A stretch of DNA of 8,036 bases from a virus (taxonomy: Duplodnaviria > Heunggongvirae > Uroviricota > Caudoviricetes), in IMG/VR virus record IMGVR_UViG_2534682255_000011, positions 1-8,036 of that record; one strand, 5' to 3'. This document shows, one piece after another, positions 1 through 6,735 of this stretch. Numbering within the stretch: the first letter of the stretch is position 1; each line of letters opens with the position of its first letter. A program made the position numbers and the translations under genes. Under the pieces are notes generated by a model. The model ran no database searches, had not been told where the DNA came from, and saw only the letters and a program-made list of their open reading frames with translations.

Positions 1-1531
1 TTACCGACGACATGAGATAGCCGCAGAAGTCCACCAGCGAATCCCCCTCACGCTTTATCGCCAGTGCTTCTTCTGATTTCTGCTGCTCATATAAAAGGCG
101 TCTGGCTTCGTCCTGATCAGCAAACCGTGTAAGCAGATGACGAATCACTACAGCAAGCTCACCTTCTATTTTTTCCGGCAGCATCGGATCGCGTTCGTTT
201 TCCGGTACAACCTCCGAAAAATTGAATATCACACGACGACGTGAGATCCCCCCGCTGCGGTCACTGAATGACATGGCGCTGTTGTTAACCGCCAGCACAA
301 CCGCCGGAATACGCGTTGAGTATGGCGCTTTGTGTTTCGGGTCAATTGCCACCTTGTCACCGCCCGTAATGGCCTTTATCCCTGCACCATCACCCGCGTA
401 GCGGGTCATATCCGGCAGAATAATCAGTGAAAAGCCAACCACTAATGCGCGTTCCCTTGCATCCTCCAGTGCCTTCATGCTTGCCGATACCGTGTTGGCC
501 TTACCTGCCAGCATGGTACAAATCTCCGCCATAACACTTTTACCGCTTCCACCAGGACCTGTTACCTCAATGAATAACTGCCAGTCGTACCGGTTCGCCA
601 GCACCATGAATAACGCCGCCAGTACGCGATCTGCCTTGCGGTCATTCTCAGCCACCGAACGGCGCAACCACTTCCAGAAATTCGGCGCATGTGTTGCCAG
701 CGTTTCCCCCTCTGCTGGTGGGCTGAAAGGTAATTCACTGGCAATTAACAACCAGTCGTTTTTGTTATGCTCCCGAAAATTACCAGTTCTGGTATCAAAT
801 ACCCCGTTACTGAATCCAATCAGGTTACGGGCTGCATTCCCCATTACGGGCAAACTTAACTTCATGGTATCGACCGCCGATTTGATGGCGTTCTGCGAAT
901 AGCTGATTTCCGCATCAATAAAAATCTGCGCCATAGTCCGCTGTAACTCTTTATCCTGTACCGGCTCCCATACAACACCGTTGTAGTGGTGAACGGTGTC
1001 AGAATCCGCATTGATTGCCAGTTCACCGCCATAATGTGCCAGGAGAACTTCGCCGCGCTGGCTTGCTCCCATCTGGTTAAGTGCCAGTGGTGTCGCGCTG
1101 TCTTCTGTTTTTTTCTTTGCCGGAAACCGGATAATCAGTCCGTCATCAATGTTTTTACGCTCACGGGCAAGGTATTCACGCCAGTTCTCACACTTCTGGC
1201 TGTGCATGCCATCAGGGTAATAATTCGCATTCTGTATACTTGCCGCCGCCAGCTTCTGACCAATTGCCTTAACCATTACAGGATCTAACTGTCCGGCTCT
1301 GAATATGCGCGCGGATGTGCGCCCATCAGGCACTATTTGCAGATTTCCGATCTCTTTCAGTTGTTCATCAGCCAGCACAACAGGTGGCTCATTATCTCCA
1401 GCCATACGCGCATCGTGTTCCTGCCATTGTTTCGCGTGTGCCCAGGCATCACTACCCGCGAAAATAATTACCTCTGTGTCTTTGTGTTTTATTCCGCGTG
1501 GCTGTTTTTTTACGTTCGGTGCCAGTTTCAT
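1..1531 (-). CDS. Replication protein, P4-family primase C-terminal domain with SF3-type helicase P-loop (P4 alpha-like); partial, C-terminus lies beyond window start
   Basis: Minus-strand frame is open from the ATG at 1531..1529 to position 1 with no stop; the ORF track omits it because it is incomplete. The translation contains a Walker A motif (VTGPGGSGKS) and the motifs LIGFSNGVFD, ITGGDKVAIDPKHK and RRRVIFNF, which are typical of the phage/plasmid primase P4-type C-terminal domain. The start overlaps the upstream ORF stop (ATGA at 1528-1531). An upstream G-rich run (GGGGGG) could serve as RBS. Confidence 0.8.
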   Translation of the reverse strand, partial: MKLAPNVKKQPRGIKHKDTEVIIFAGSDAWAHAKQWQEHDARMAGDNEPPVVLADEQLKEIGNLQIVPDGRTSARIFRAGQLDPVMVKAIGQKLAAASIQNANYYPDGMHSQKCENWREYLARERKNIDDGLIIRFPAKKKTEDSATPLALNQMGASQRGEVLLAHYGGELAINADSDTVHHYNGVVWEPVQDKELQRTMAQIFIDAEISYSQNAIKSAVDTMKLSLPVMGNAARNLIGFSNGVFDTRTGNFREHNKNDWLLIASELPFSPPAEGETLATHAPNFWKWLRRSVAENDRKADRVLAALFMVLANRYDWQLFIEVTGPGGSGKSVMAEICTMLAGKANTVSASMKALEDARERALVVGFSLIILPDMTRYAGDGAGIKAITGGDKVAIDPKHKAPYSTRIPAVVLAVNNSAMSFSDRSGGISRRRVIFNFSEVVPENERDPMLPEKIEGELAVVIRHLLTRFADQDEARRLLYEQQKSEEALAIKREGDSLVDFCGYLMSSV

Positions 1532-1770
1532 TTTTTCCCCCCTGCAACCAGCATTTCACGGATTTTGCGGATATAGCTTGCTGCACGTTTTTGATTTACG
1601 GCTTTATAATGGTCCACCAGCGTAAAATCACGGCGGTAGGTGATATTGCCTGGCGTAACGTGACGAATAACCACTCGTCCCCCACGTCTGGTGTCGCGGT
1701 AAATATCTCCGAGTCTGATTTCAGGCCGAGAGAGACCGCTGGCAGTAAAGCCAGAATTTTTCTTTTTCAT
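1528..1770 (-). CDS. Hypothetical small basic protein (80 aa), translationally coupled to the primase gene
   Basis: Complete ORF in the track. ATG at 1770 is preceded by AGGAAA about 8 nt upstream. Its stop overlaps the primase start (ATGA). No recognisable motif. Confidence 0.5.
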   Translation of the reverse strand: MKKKNSGFTASGLSRPEIRLGDIYRDTRRGGRVVIRHVTPGNITYRRDFTLVDHYKAVNQKRAASYIRKIREMLVAGGKK

Positions 1771-1800
1771 AGTTTTATTTTCCTGTCAGCAGTTCCGGTT

Positions 1801-1974
1801 TTATTTCCGCACGAATACAGAGTTCAGAAAAAATTCAGGAGAACCAACAATCTCATTACTTTTCAGTCGGCATTGTGATTTCACTTTCCCTTTATCCAGG
1901 TAAACCAGTACGCGTCCGGTGAAATCATCTGGCACATTAAGCACTACGGGTACATGCGCTTCATGATTATGCAT
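1801..1974 (-). CDS. Hypothetical small protein (57 aa)
   Basis: Not in the ORF track (below its length cut-off). Hand translation gives MHNHEAHVPVVLNVPDDFTGRVLVYLDKGKVKSQCRLKSNEIVGSPEFFLNSVFVRK with no internal stop. ATG at 1974 is preceded by GGAGGA with an 8 nt spacer and overlaps the stop of the upstream 197-aa gene (ATGCATAA). Confidence 0.4.
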   Translation of the reverse strand: MHNHEAHVPVVLNVPDDFTGRVLVYLDKGKVKSQCRLKSNEIVGSPEFFLNSVFVRK

Positions 1975-2560
1975 GGCTTACATCCTCCGTGAATTTTCTT
2001 CTGTAACGCGTCTCTGCCACATATTCCGCATAGTCCGACGCAATACTAAGAATCATTTCACCCTCTGACTTGTAGCCACTGGTATTGATAAGAAAATATG
2101 CAGCTTTCATCATGTCAGCAACGCTCAACAATGCGCCCGCTGCATCTTCCGGTGCGCCATCAAATTCCCGTTTCAGGGAATTAAAACGATCATCACGCAT
2201 GTTTACCCCCCCCTGAATGACCTGATAACCGCAACTGGTCAGCAATTCGATAAATTCCGGCAGTGTGCCGAAACAGCAATCATCACGCAGACGTTCGCGG
2301 GATACTTCAACGCCGTTTTCGTAGTGACTCACCATGCGTCCGGTAAAATGCAGATCATCATCGTGATGGCACGTTGACGGCTTAATCAGTCGCGCACGTT
2401 CCGCCAGTTCCAGCAATGCTTCAACGCTTCCGGCAATTGCACCATCCGGCAGGTGATAATTACTTACCACGCGTCCATTCTCCACGTTGACCAGTAGCTG
2501 CCCGGAAAATATCTCGTCAAACTGAATGCTGTTAAGGTCAGAAATTGACAGGTTATGCAT
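1967..2560 (-). CDS. Hypothetical protein (197 aa) of unknown function with Cys/His/Asp-rich segments
   Basis: Track ORF 1967..2578. The internal ATG at 2560 (MHNLSISD...) is preferred because AGGAGG lies 6-7 nt upstream and it overlaps the upstream stop as ATGCATAA. No family recognised by eye. Notable segments are CHHDDDLHF and RDDCCFGTLPEF. Confidence 0.6.
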   Translation of the reverse strand: MHNLSISDLNSIQFDEIFSGQLLVNVENGRVVSNYHLPDGAIAGSVEALLELAERARLIKPSTCHHDDDLHFTGRMVSHYENGVEVSRERLRDDCCFGTLPEFIELLTSCGYQVIQGGVNMRDDRFNSLKREFDGAPEDAAGALLSVADMMKAAYFLINTSGYKSEGEMILSIASDYAEYVAETRYRRKFTEDVSHA

Positions 2561-2777
2561 GGTGCACCTCCTGCACATCAGCCATGATAATTTTTCCGGC
2601 CTTATCCAGTGCCTGATCGGCTTTTAGCTGCACAAATGCTAAATAATGGAAGATGCATTCTGATTCTCTGGCTGCGTGTTTATGCGCCACACCAGCGATA
2701 GCAGAAATCTCAATAAGTGAATCCATCAGCGTTTTGATAGCGTCTACCGCTGCATCAGGCCATGTTGCATTACACAT
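2553..2777 (-). CDS. Hypothetical small protein (74 aa)
   Basis: Complete track ORF. ATG at 2777 overlaps the stop of the upstream 67-aa ORF (ATGTGTAA). A G-rich SD-like sequence (GGGGGTGG) lies just upstream. Its 3' end carries the SD for the next gene. Confidence 0.5.
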   Translation of the reverse strand: MCNATWPDAAVDAIKTLMDSLIEISAIAGVAHKHAARESECIFHYLAFVQLKADQALDKAGKIIMADVQEVHHA

Positions 2778-2973
2778 GTTCCACCCCCTGACGAATACGG
2801 GCGGCGAATACCATCACGCAGCCAACTGGGGATTGCTGGCGTGCTTCCTGTTCGCTGGTGGCCTCAATGGTAATCACGCGCGGTTGTGCCGTGCTCAGGG
2901 CGATAAAACGCCAGGTGAATTTATTCAGGTTGTGCAAGTCCCGCCCTTGCGGGTGTGTGGTATGATTTCTCAT
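2770..2973 (-). CDS. Hypothetical small protein (67 aa), first gene of the early operon; possibly Kil/Icd-like cell-division inhibitor (tentative)
   Basis: This is the C-terminal 67 codons of track ORF 2770..3513. The internal ATG at 2973 (MRNHTTHPQGRDL...) is preferred because GAGGT lies about 5 nt upstream and the long N-terminal extension would run through the promoter/operator region and the antisense of the divergent gene. The Kil/Icd-like call rests only on position (first small ORF of a P4-like early operon) and a vague resemblance (KFTWRFIALS...VMVFAARI). Confidence 0.45.
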   Translation of the reverse strand: MRNHTTHPQGRDLHNLNKFTWRFIALSTAQPRVITIEATSEQEARQQSPVGCVMVFAARIRQGVEHV

Positions 2974-3008
2974 AGCTACCTCGATACTGTTGCTATCGTT
3001 GGTGGTCA

Positions 3009-3043
3009 GAGGCTGCGAAAGGACGGCAATCCTTTTCAGCCTC
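3009..3043 (-). promoter_or_regulatory. Stable imperfect hairpin in the 5' leader of the early operon
   Basis: GAGGCTG-cg-AAAGGA-cggcaa-TCCTTT-t-CAGCCTC: a 7 bp outer stem and 6 bp inner stem separated by a small bulge. It lies 36-70 nt upstream of the 67-aa ORF start. No U-tract follows on the minus strand, so it is not a canonical intrinsic terminator. Confidence 0.3.
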
Positions 3044-3068
3044 GTTTGCATTGAGTGATAAACACTCA

Positions 3069-3150
3069 ACTGGATTCCAGTATAATCACTAAGTGGAATC
3101 CACTTCAAGCGTTTTGTTTTGGTCTTTTTCGTGTATACTGGATTCCAGTA
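3069..3150. promoter_or_regulatory. Divergent promoter region with three related palindromic operator-like sites
   Basis: Perfect inverted repeats at 3069-3081 (ACTGGA-T-TCCAGT), 3091-3105 (AAGTGGA-A-TCCACTT) and 3136-3150 (TACTGGA-T-TCCAGTA), sharing the core TGGA-W-TCCA. Candidate -10 hexamers overlap them: TATAAT at 3081-3086 and TATACT at 3134-3139 on the plus strand, and on the minus strand TTGAAG (complement of 3104-3109), an 18 nt spacer, then TATACT (complement of 3079-3084). Confidence 0.5.
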
Positions 3151-3169
3151 ATCACAAAGGGAACCAGAA

Positions 3170-3349
3170 ATGGAAAGAGACCATATCAATAACAAATCAC
3201 AGAAATTACAGGCTCGCGCCCCGCATGAAGTTGTTGAGGCTATGGAGCAAGTAAAAGAAACAGGCGAGAGCACTGCGCAATTTATCGTTACAGCCATGCG
3301 AGGCGAGATCAAACGCCGCCAGCGCCGCAAGGCCAAAGAAGCGGAATAG
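3170..3349 (+). CDS. Small DNA-binding protein, ribbon-helix-helix-like (59 aa); putative regulator of the divergent promoters
   Basis: Not in the ORF track (below cut-off). ATG at 3170 with AAGGGA 7 nt upstream; TAG at 3347-3349. Translation is MERDHINNKSQKLQARAPHEVVEAMEQVKETGESTAQFIVTAMRGEIKRRQRRKAKEAE. The pattern fits a beta-strand, helix, turn, helix Arc/CopG-type layout with a basic tail. It is the only plus-strand gene and diverges from the operator region. Confidence 0.55.
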   Translation: MERDHINNKSQKLQARAPHEVVEAMEQVKETGESTAQFIVTAMRGEIKRRQRRKAKEAE

Positions 3350-3437
3350 TCCACCAGCAAGCCAGCACACTGATCACATTGCCCACCAGCCAACAAATCG
3401 CTATGATGTTTGGGCTTATGTTTAGTGTTTTCCCATT

Positions 3438-3470
3438 GGCGACCTCTGATCCGGGTCGCCTTTGTTTTGT
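3438..3470 (+). terminator. Rho-independent terminator downstream of the RHH-like gene
   Basis: GGCGACC / GGTCGCC 7 bp stem (3438-3444 and 3454-3460) with a 9 nt loop, followed by TTTGTTTTGT. The minus-strand orientation lacks a U-tract. Confidence 0.5.
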
Positions 3471-4051
3471 CACTGAATGCGGTTGCCAAAGTAAAACTCA
3501 GGCTGATATTCACGTATCAGCCTTTTTTCTTCTTCCTCCAGCTCACGCTTTTTGCGCTTACATGCCTGTAGCTCCCTCCCCTTCTGACTGGCACTTAACT
3601 GATATTGCTCTTTACGGCGAGAAAAGTCCTGTAATGCGCCCCACGGGATACCATAAGCCCCCGTTTTTCTGATTCCTGGTATCACATTCCTGAATACCCA
3701 GTTACTGAAACGATGGGCGAACGTGCCAGGAGTAACAGCTTTCCGACTTCTGGCGATCAGCTTGTAAAAACCGGATTCAGAAATGAGGCTATGATTTGGA
3801 TTTCCTCGAATACCGTAGCTTAAAGCGACGGTTTTCTTTTCATCCGCATCTAGTGCTTTTAGAGCATCGCGTGAGTTACTTATTTCCAGAGCAACACAAA
3901 CATCCTTTGCAACAAACCACGGATCGCCGTTCAGATACACCACGCGAACGTTCACACTATCAAAGCGCAGAACGACCAGATCACGAAAATCACAGAATTT
4001 TTTTACATGACGTGCGTCACCCTTGCCCGTCACGGCAATATTTTTATTCAT
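3470..4051 (-). CDS. Bro-N domain protein (phage antirepressor-like), 193 aa, with charged coiled-coil-like C-terminus
   Basis: Complete track ORF. The N-terminal region VRVVYLNGDPWFVAKDVCVALEI...ALKALDADEK matches the Bro-N signature. The C-terminal about 50 aa is K/E/R-rich. Confidence 0.8.
   Translation of the reverse strand: MNKNIAVTGKGDARHVKKFCDFRDLVVLRFDSVNVRVVYLNGDPWFVAKDVCVALEISNSRDALKALDADEKKTVALSYGIRGNPNHSLISESGFYKLIARSRKAVTPGTFAHRFSNWVFRNVIPGIRKTGAYGIPWGALQDFSRRKEQYQLSASQKGRELQACKRKKRELEEEEKRLIREYQPEFYFGNRIQ
3500..3530 (+). terminator. Second plus-strand intrinsic terminator-like hairpin, embedded in the 3' coding end of the Bro-N gene
   Basis: AGGCTGATA / TATCAGCCT 9 bp perfect stem (3500-3508 and 3515-3523) with a 6 nt loop, followed by TTTTTTCTTCTT. 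Confidence 0.4.
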
Positions 4052-4071
4052 TTCTTTTTTACCTCACATAC

Positions 4072-4096
4072 AAAAAACCCCGCATTGCACGCGGGG
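4072..4096 (-). terminator. Rho-independent terminator after the int-alpA unit
   Basis: On the minus strand, CCCCGC-gtgcaat-GCGGGG is followed by TTTTTTG (plus-strand 4078-4096 hairpin preceded by an A-run at 4072-4077). It lies 15 nt downstream of the AlpA stop. Confidence 0.6.
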
Positions 4097-4110
4097 TATG
4101 AAAGATATTA

Positions 4111-4314
4111 TTAGTGGGGATTGGCCTGTTCTCGTTGTTTATCTAACCATGCTTCTACATCTCTACGGTGCCAGGTATGTCGTCGTCCAATTCTGAACGG
4201 CTGAGGAAAACCATTATTCTCATCTTTCCAGAAATTGATGAATGCACTCATTGCTCCATATCGCAAGATTTTCATTACGTCTTTAGTAAATAAAATATCT
4301 TCATTGGTATTCAT
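4111..4314 (-). CDS. alpA: AlpA-family (Vis/excisionase-like) small DNA-binding regulator
   Basis: Track ORF 4111..4335. The ATG at 4314 (MNTNEDILFTKDV...) is preferred because GAGGAGG lies 8 nt upstream; the 4335 start would overlap the int stop and has a weak RBS. Small size, position immediately downstream of a P4-type integrase, and a basic/aromatic C-terminal half fit AlpA-like regulators. Confidence 0.7.
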   Translation of the reverse strand: MNTNEDILFTKDVMKILRYGAMSAFINFWKDENNGFPQPFRIGRRHTWHRRDVEAWLDKQREQANPH

Positions 4315-4327
4315 TTGCTGAACCTCC

Positions 4328-5566
4328 TCAACCATTTACTACTCTTAAACCTTTCATACCACCGGATCTATTAATTACCCCTTTTCTCGCATCATCAAAA
4401 AAATCACCGACCCATTGCATCATGATCTTACGCTGTTCTAGATAAATAGTTCTATTATAAATATCTCTTATTTTATCACCACTTTTATGCGCCAATGCAG
4501 CCTCGATTACATCGGGGTTAAATCCCTCCTCATTTAAAAGCGTACTCCACATTGAACGAAAACCATGTAACGTTACAATCCCTTTGAACTTACTGGCAGC
4601 AATTGGGGTCTTGATAGTATTCCTCCCCATAGGCGCATCTTTTGTTCTGGAGGAAAAAAACACATAACGCCCTCTTTTTATTTCCTGCATTGTTCTGAGG
4701 ATACTAATAGCCTGTGATGACAAGGGAACAACATGTTCACGATGGCATTTCATTTTATGCGCGGGGATAATCCACAAGCCAGAATCAAAATCAATCTCTG
4801 ACCACTCTGCTTTAATCGCCTCACCTGGCCTGACCATTGTCAATATCTGGAATAAAAGTGCATTATGAGCTATTTGATAGGTATGAGGCACACTATCCCA
4901 CCAGCTCAGAAATTCAGGCAATCTTTCAACAGGTAGTGCTGCTAATGATTTATTTTTCTTTCCTGTGAATGCAGTCTTTATCTTAAGTAATGGATTTGCT
5001 TTCAATGCTCCACAATTTACAGCATAATTCATAATTTCATTTAATCTTGATATTAATTTTTTTTGCAACGCATTCTTATCGGATACGGCATCCAGAGCAT
5101 TAATAGCTACTGGTGCTGTAATTTTTTCTATACTGTACTTACCAAAGAAAGGAACAAGATATTTGTATACTTCATATTCGATATTATACAGCGTAGGTTT
5201 CCGCAATTCAGATCCCTTTTTAAAAGCGAACCATGCATTAGCAACAGCTTCAAATGTCTGTAGATTTTTTAGTGACATCTCAATTTTACGATTTTTCTTC
5301 TCCGTCACTGGATCAACTCCACGTGCAATCATTCGCCGAAGTTCATCACGTACTTCCCGTGCTTCCGCGAGTGAGAATTCAGGAAAACGTCCTATCGTGT
5401 ATGTCTGCCGTTTCTTCGTTATCGGATGGCTATAACGGAAACGCCACACTTTCCCACCGGCTTTACTCACATTCAGCAATAAACCGAACCCATCATAAAC
5501 GGCATAGTCCTTTTCACGTGGTTTCATCCCCTTAACTTCAGTCACGGTTAATGGCTTTACCGACAT
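4328..5566 (-). CDS. int: Tyrosine site-specific integrase, P4-like
   Basis: 412 aa. The N-terminus (LTVTEVKGMKPREKDYAVYDGFGLLLNVSKAGGKVWRFRY) matches the arm-binding domain of P4-family integrases. The C-terminus has HGFRSMWST...IRDIYNRTIY, consistent with the catalytic H/R/Y region. GAGGG lies 6 nt upstream of the ATG. The gene is visibly AT-rich compared with its neighbours. Confidence 0.9.
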   Translation of the reverse strand: MSVKPLTVTEVKGMKPREKDYAVYDGFGLLLNVSKAGGKVWRFRYSHPITKKRQTYTIGRFPEFSLAEAREVRDELRRMIARGVDPVTEKKNRKIEMSLKNLQTFEAVANAWFAFKKGSELRKPTLYNIEYEVYKYLVPFFGKYSIEKITAPVAINALDAVSDKNALQKKLISRLNEIMNYAVNCGALKANPLLKIKTAFTGKKNKSLAALPVERLPEFLSWWDSVPHTYQIAHNALLFQILTMVRPGEAIKAEWSEIDFDSGLWIIPAHKMKCHREHVVPLSSQAISILRTMQEIKRGRYVFFSSRTKDAPMGRNTIKTPIAASKFKGIVTLHGFRSMWSTLLNEEGFNPDVIEAALAHKSGDKIRDIYNRTIYLEQRKIMMQWVGDFFDDARKGVINRSGGMKGLRVVNG

Positions 5567-5727
5567 CTATCGCCCTCATTTTTTAGTCCGTCATGTAGTC
5601 CATTCAAGCCAATAACAAGCGATAAACTAACTCATTATCAAGCAAAGAGAGGAAACTCATAAAATCACAACTCATTGAAAAGACTATGAAACGACACCAG
5701 AACATACAAACAGGTAAGAAATGTACC

Positions 5728-6735
5728 CTACATCCAAAATGACGCAATCCGGGAGTTTCGTGGCGTTCCGGTGATACTGCCGTCCGCCGCCGCCCGTTCA
5801 CCTTCACGAAGCCAGATCCCCTGGTTATTCAGTTCGCGTTTCTGCTCAGGGGCAATCAGCCCGCGACAATGCGGACACATCAGACGGGCAGCCTGACCGG
5901 CAGCCACAAAATCCGGGTTATTCCGGTATCCGGTCATGTTATCCATCACCGGCTGAAAATATTCCCCGCAGTGCGGACACGGCCAGTACCACCGGCGGCG
6001 GTCTCCCCGGTTATACAGTGACAGGATCCCCGTTGTTGGCGGTGCCTCATGTGCGCCACCACAACGCCATTTGGTATCGGTGATATCCCGCCCCGGTGAA
6101 CTCTCGACCAGGGTCATCCCCGAGGACATAAAGGTGGTGGTACGCTTTGAGGCCAGCGTGAAGGCATCCCCTTCCCCGTCCACATTTTCAGGGAAACGGT
6201 CATAATCCGTCAGCGCCACACGACGGTAATCCGAAGAGGAAAAGACGGTGATCGACGGCCAGCCAATCTTCAGGAAGGAGCCGTCAAGAAACATTTTATC
6301 GTGGACGTTGTTGTCATTACGGGAAGGACTGAGGCGCTTGCTGACCTCCGGACTGTGGCGAAACGTCCTGGAAAGACGCGTTCTGGAATGCTCACGCGCC
6401 TTCGTCTCAGTCATCTGCACCACCAGCATATCCGCCGGATCACAGATGATGCCGTACACAATCCAGCCATCAATCAGCCCTTCGGTTTTCCCGGTTCGCG
6501 CAGGTCCCACAAACACCACCGCGTCATATTCACGGGCTGATAATGTATTAATGGGGTCAATCATATAGGGCGTCAGCGATGACTCCCACGGACCGGAAGT
6601 ATTGGCTCCCCGTGGAACCCGCATATAACGCCTGATGGCTTCCGCTACTGGTAACCGGCTGGGTGGGCGAAACAGCGAGGCCACTTCGCGCCAGATATCG
6701 GATGCGCGGCTATGGCTCTCGTTCACCTGATTCAC
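5728..6735 (-). pseudogene. Terminase large subunit (lambda gpA-like), N-terminal 335 codons only; truncated
   Basis: The translation aligns by eye with the lambda gpA N-terminus as recalled from memory (SLFRP near the start; CPHCGE zinc-ribbon-like motif; GIWLREG), and VFVGPARTGKTE looks like a P-loop. The ORF stops at 5728 at roughly half the length of lambda gpA, and the 160 bp downstream are AT-rich non-coding sequence running into int. The track start is GTG at 6735, overlapping the Nu1-like stop (GTGA). Confidence 0.8.

Larger units (their letters stand above)
1..5730. mobile_element. P4/PICI-like integrative element (partial; far end outside window)
   Basis: Gene content and order: integrase, AlpA, Bro-N, operator region with divergent regulator, early operon of small ORFs, P4-family primase. 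It abuts a truncated prophage terminase gene at about 5728-5730. The integrase-proximal boundary is inferred, not mapped. Confidence 0.5.

Noticed and set aside
477-1625. Plus-strand track ORFs 477..902, 986..1288, 1305..1625, 1337..1576 (and minus 562..744)
   Set aside because: They are antisense to or out of frame with the long primase reading frame, lack convincing RBSs and have no recognisable motifs.
1498-1878. Plus-strand ORF 1498..1878 (126 aa)
   Set aside because: It is antisense to the coupled 80-aa and 57-aa minus-strand genes and the primase start. The minus-strand genes have RBSs and operon logic; this ORF has neither.
2653-3054. Plus-strand ORF 2653..3054 (133 aa)
   Set aside because: It is antisense to the 74-aa and 67-aa early-operon genes and would have to be read from within the operon leader.
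2974-3513. N-terminal 180 codons of track ORF 2770..3513 (247 aa, minus strand)
   Set aside because: This extension runs through the operator/promoter region, the antisense of the RHH-like gene and two terminators, and has a low-complexity composition. Only the last 67 codons, which have their own RBS and sit in operon context, are called as a gene.
3379-4101. Plus-strand ORFs 3379..3672 and 3796..4101
   Set aside because: They are antisense to the Bro-N gene and cross its terminators, with no RBS. The Bro-N frame carries a clear domain signature.
5063-5535. Plus-strand ORFs 5063..5263, 5163..5435, 5254..5535
   Set aside because: They are antisense to the integrase gene, in an AT-rich region where spurious ORFs are expected.
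5567-5727. Search for a tRNA 3' fragment or att core at the integrase-proximal junction
   Set aside because: No T-arm or CCA-like tRNA remnant was recognisable by eye. The att core cannot be defined without the other end of the element.
5604-5807. Minus-strand ORF 5604..5807 (67 aa) in the int/terminase junction
   Set aside because: It overlaps the end of the terminase ORF in another frame and the AT-rich intergenic junction, with no RBS. It was also checked as a possible frameshifted continuation of the terminase, but the translation is not terminase-like.
6248-6568. Plus-strand ORFs 6248..6568 and 6301..6540
   Set aside because: They are antisense to the well-supported terminase large subunit frame.
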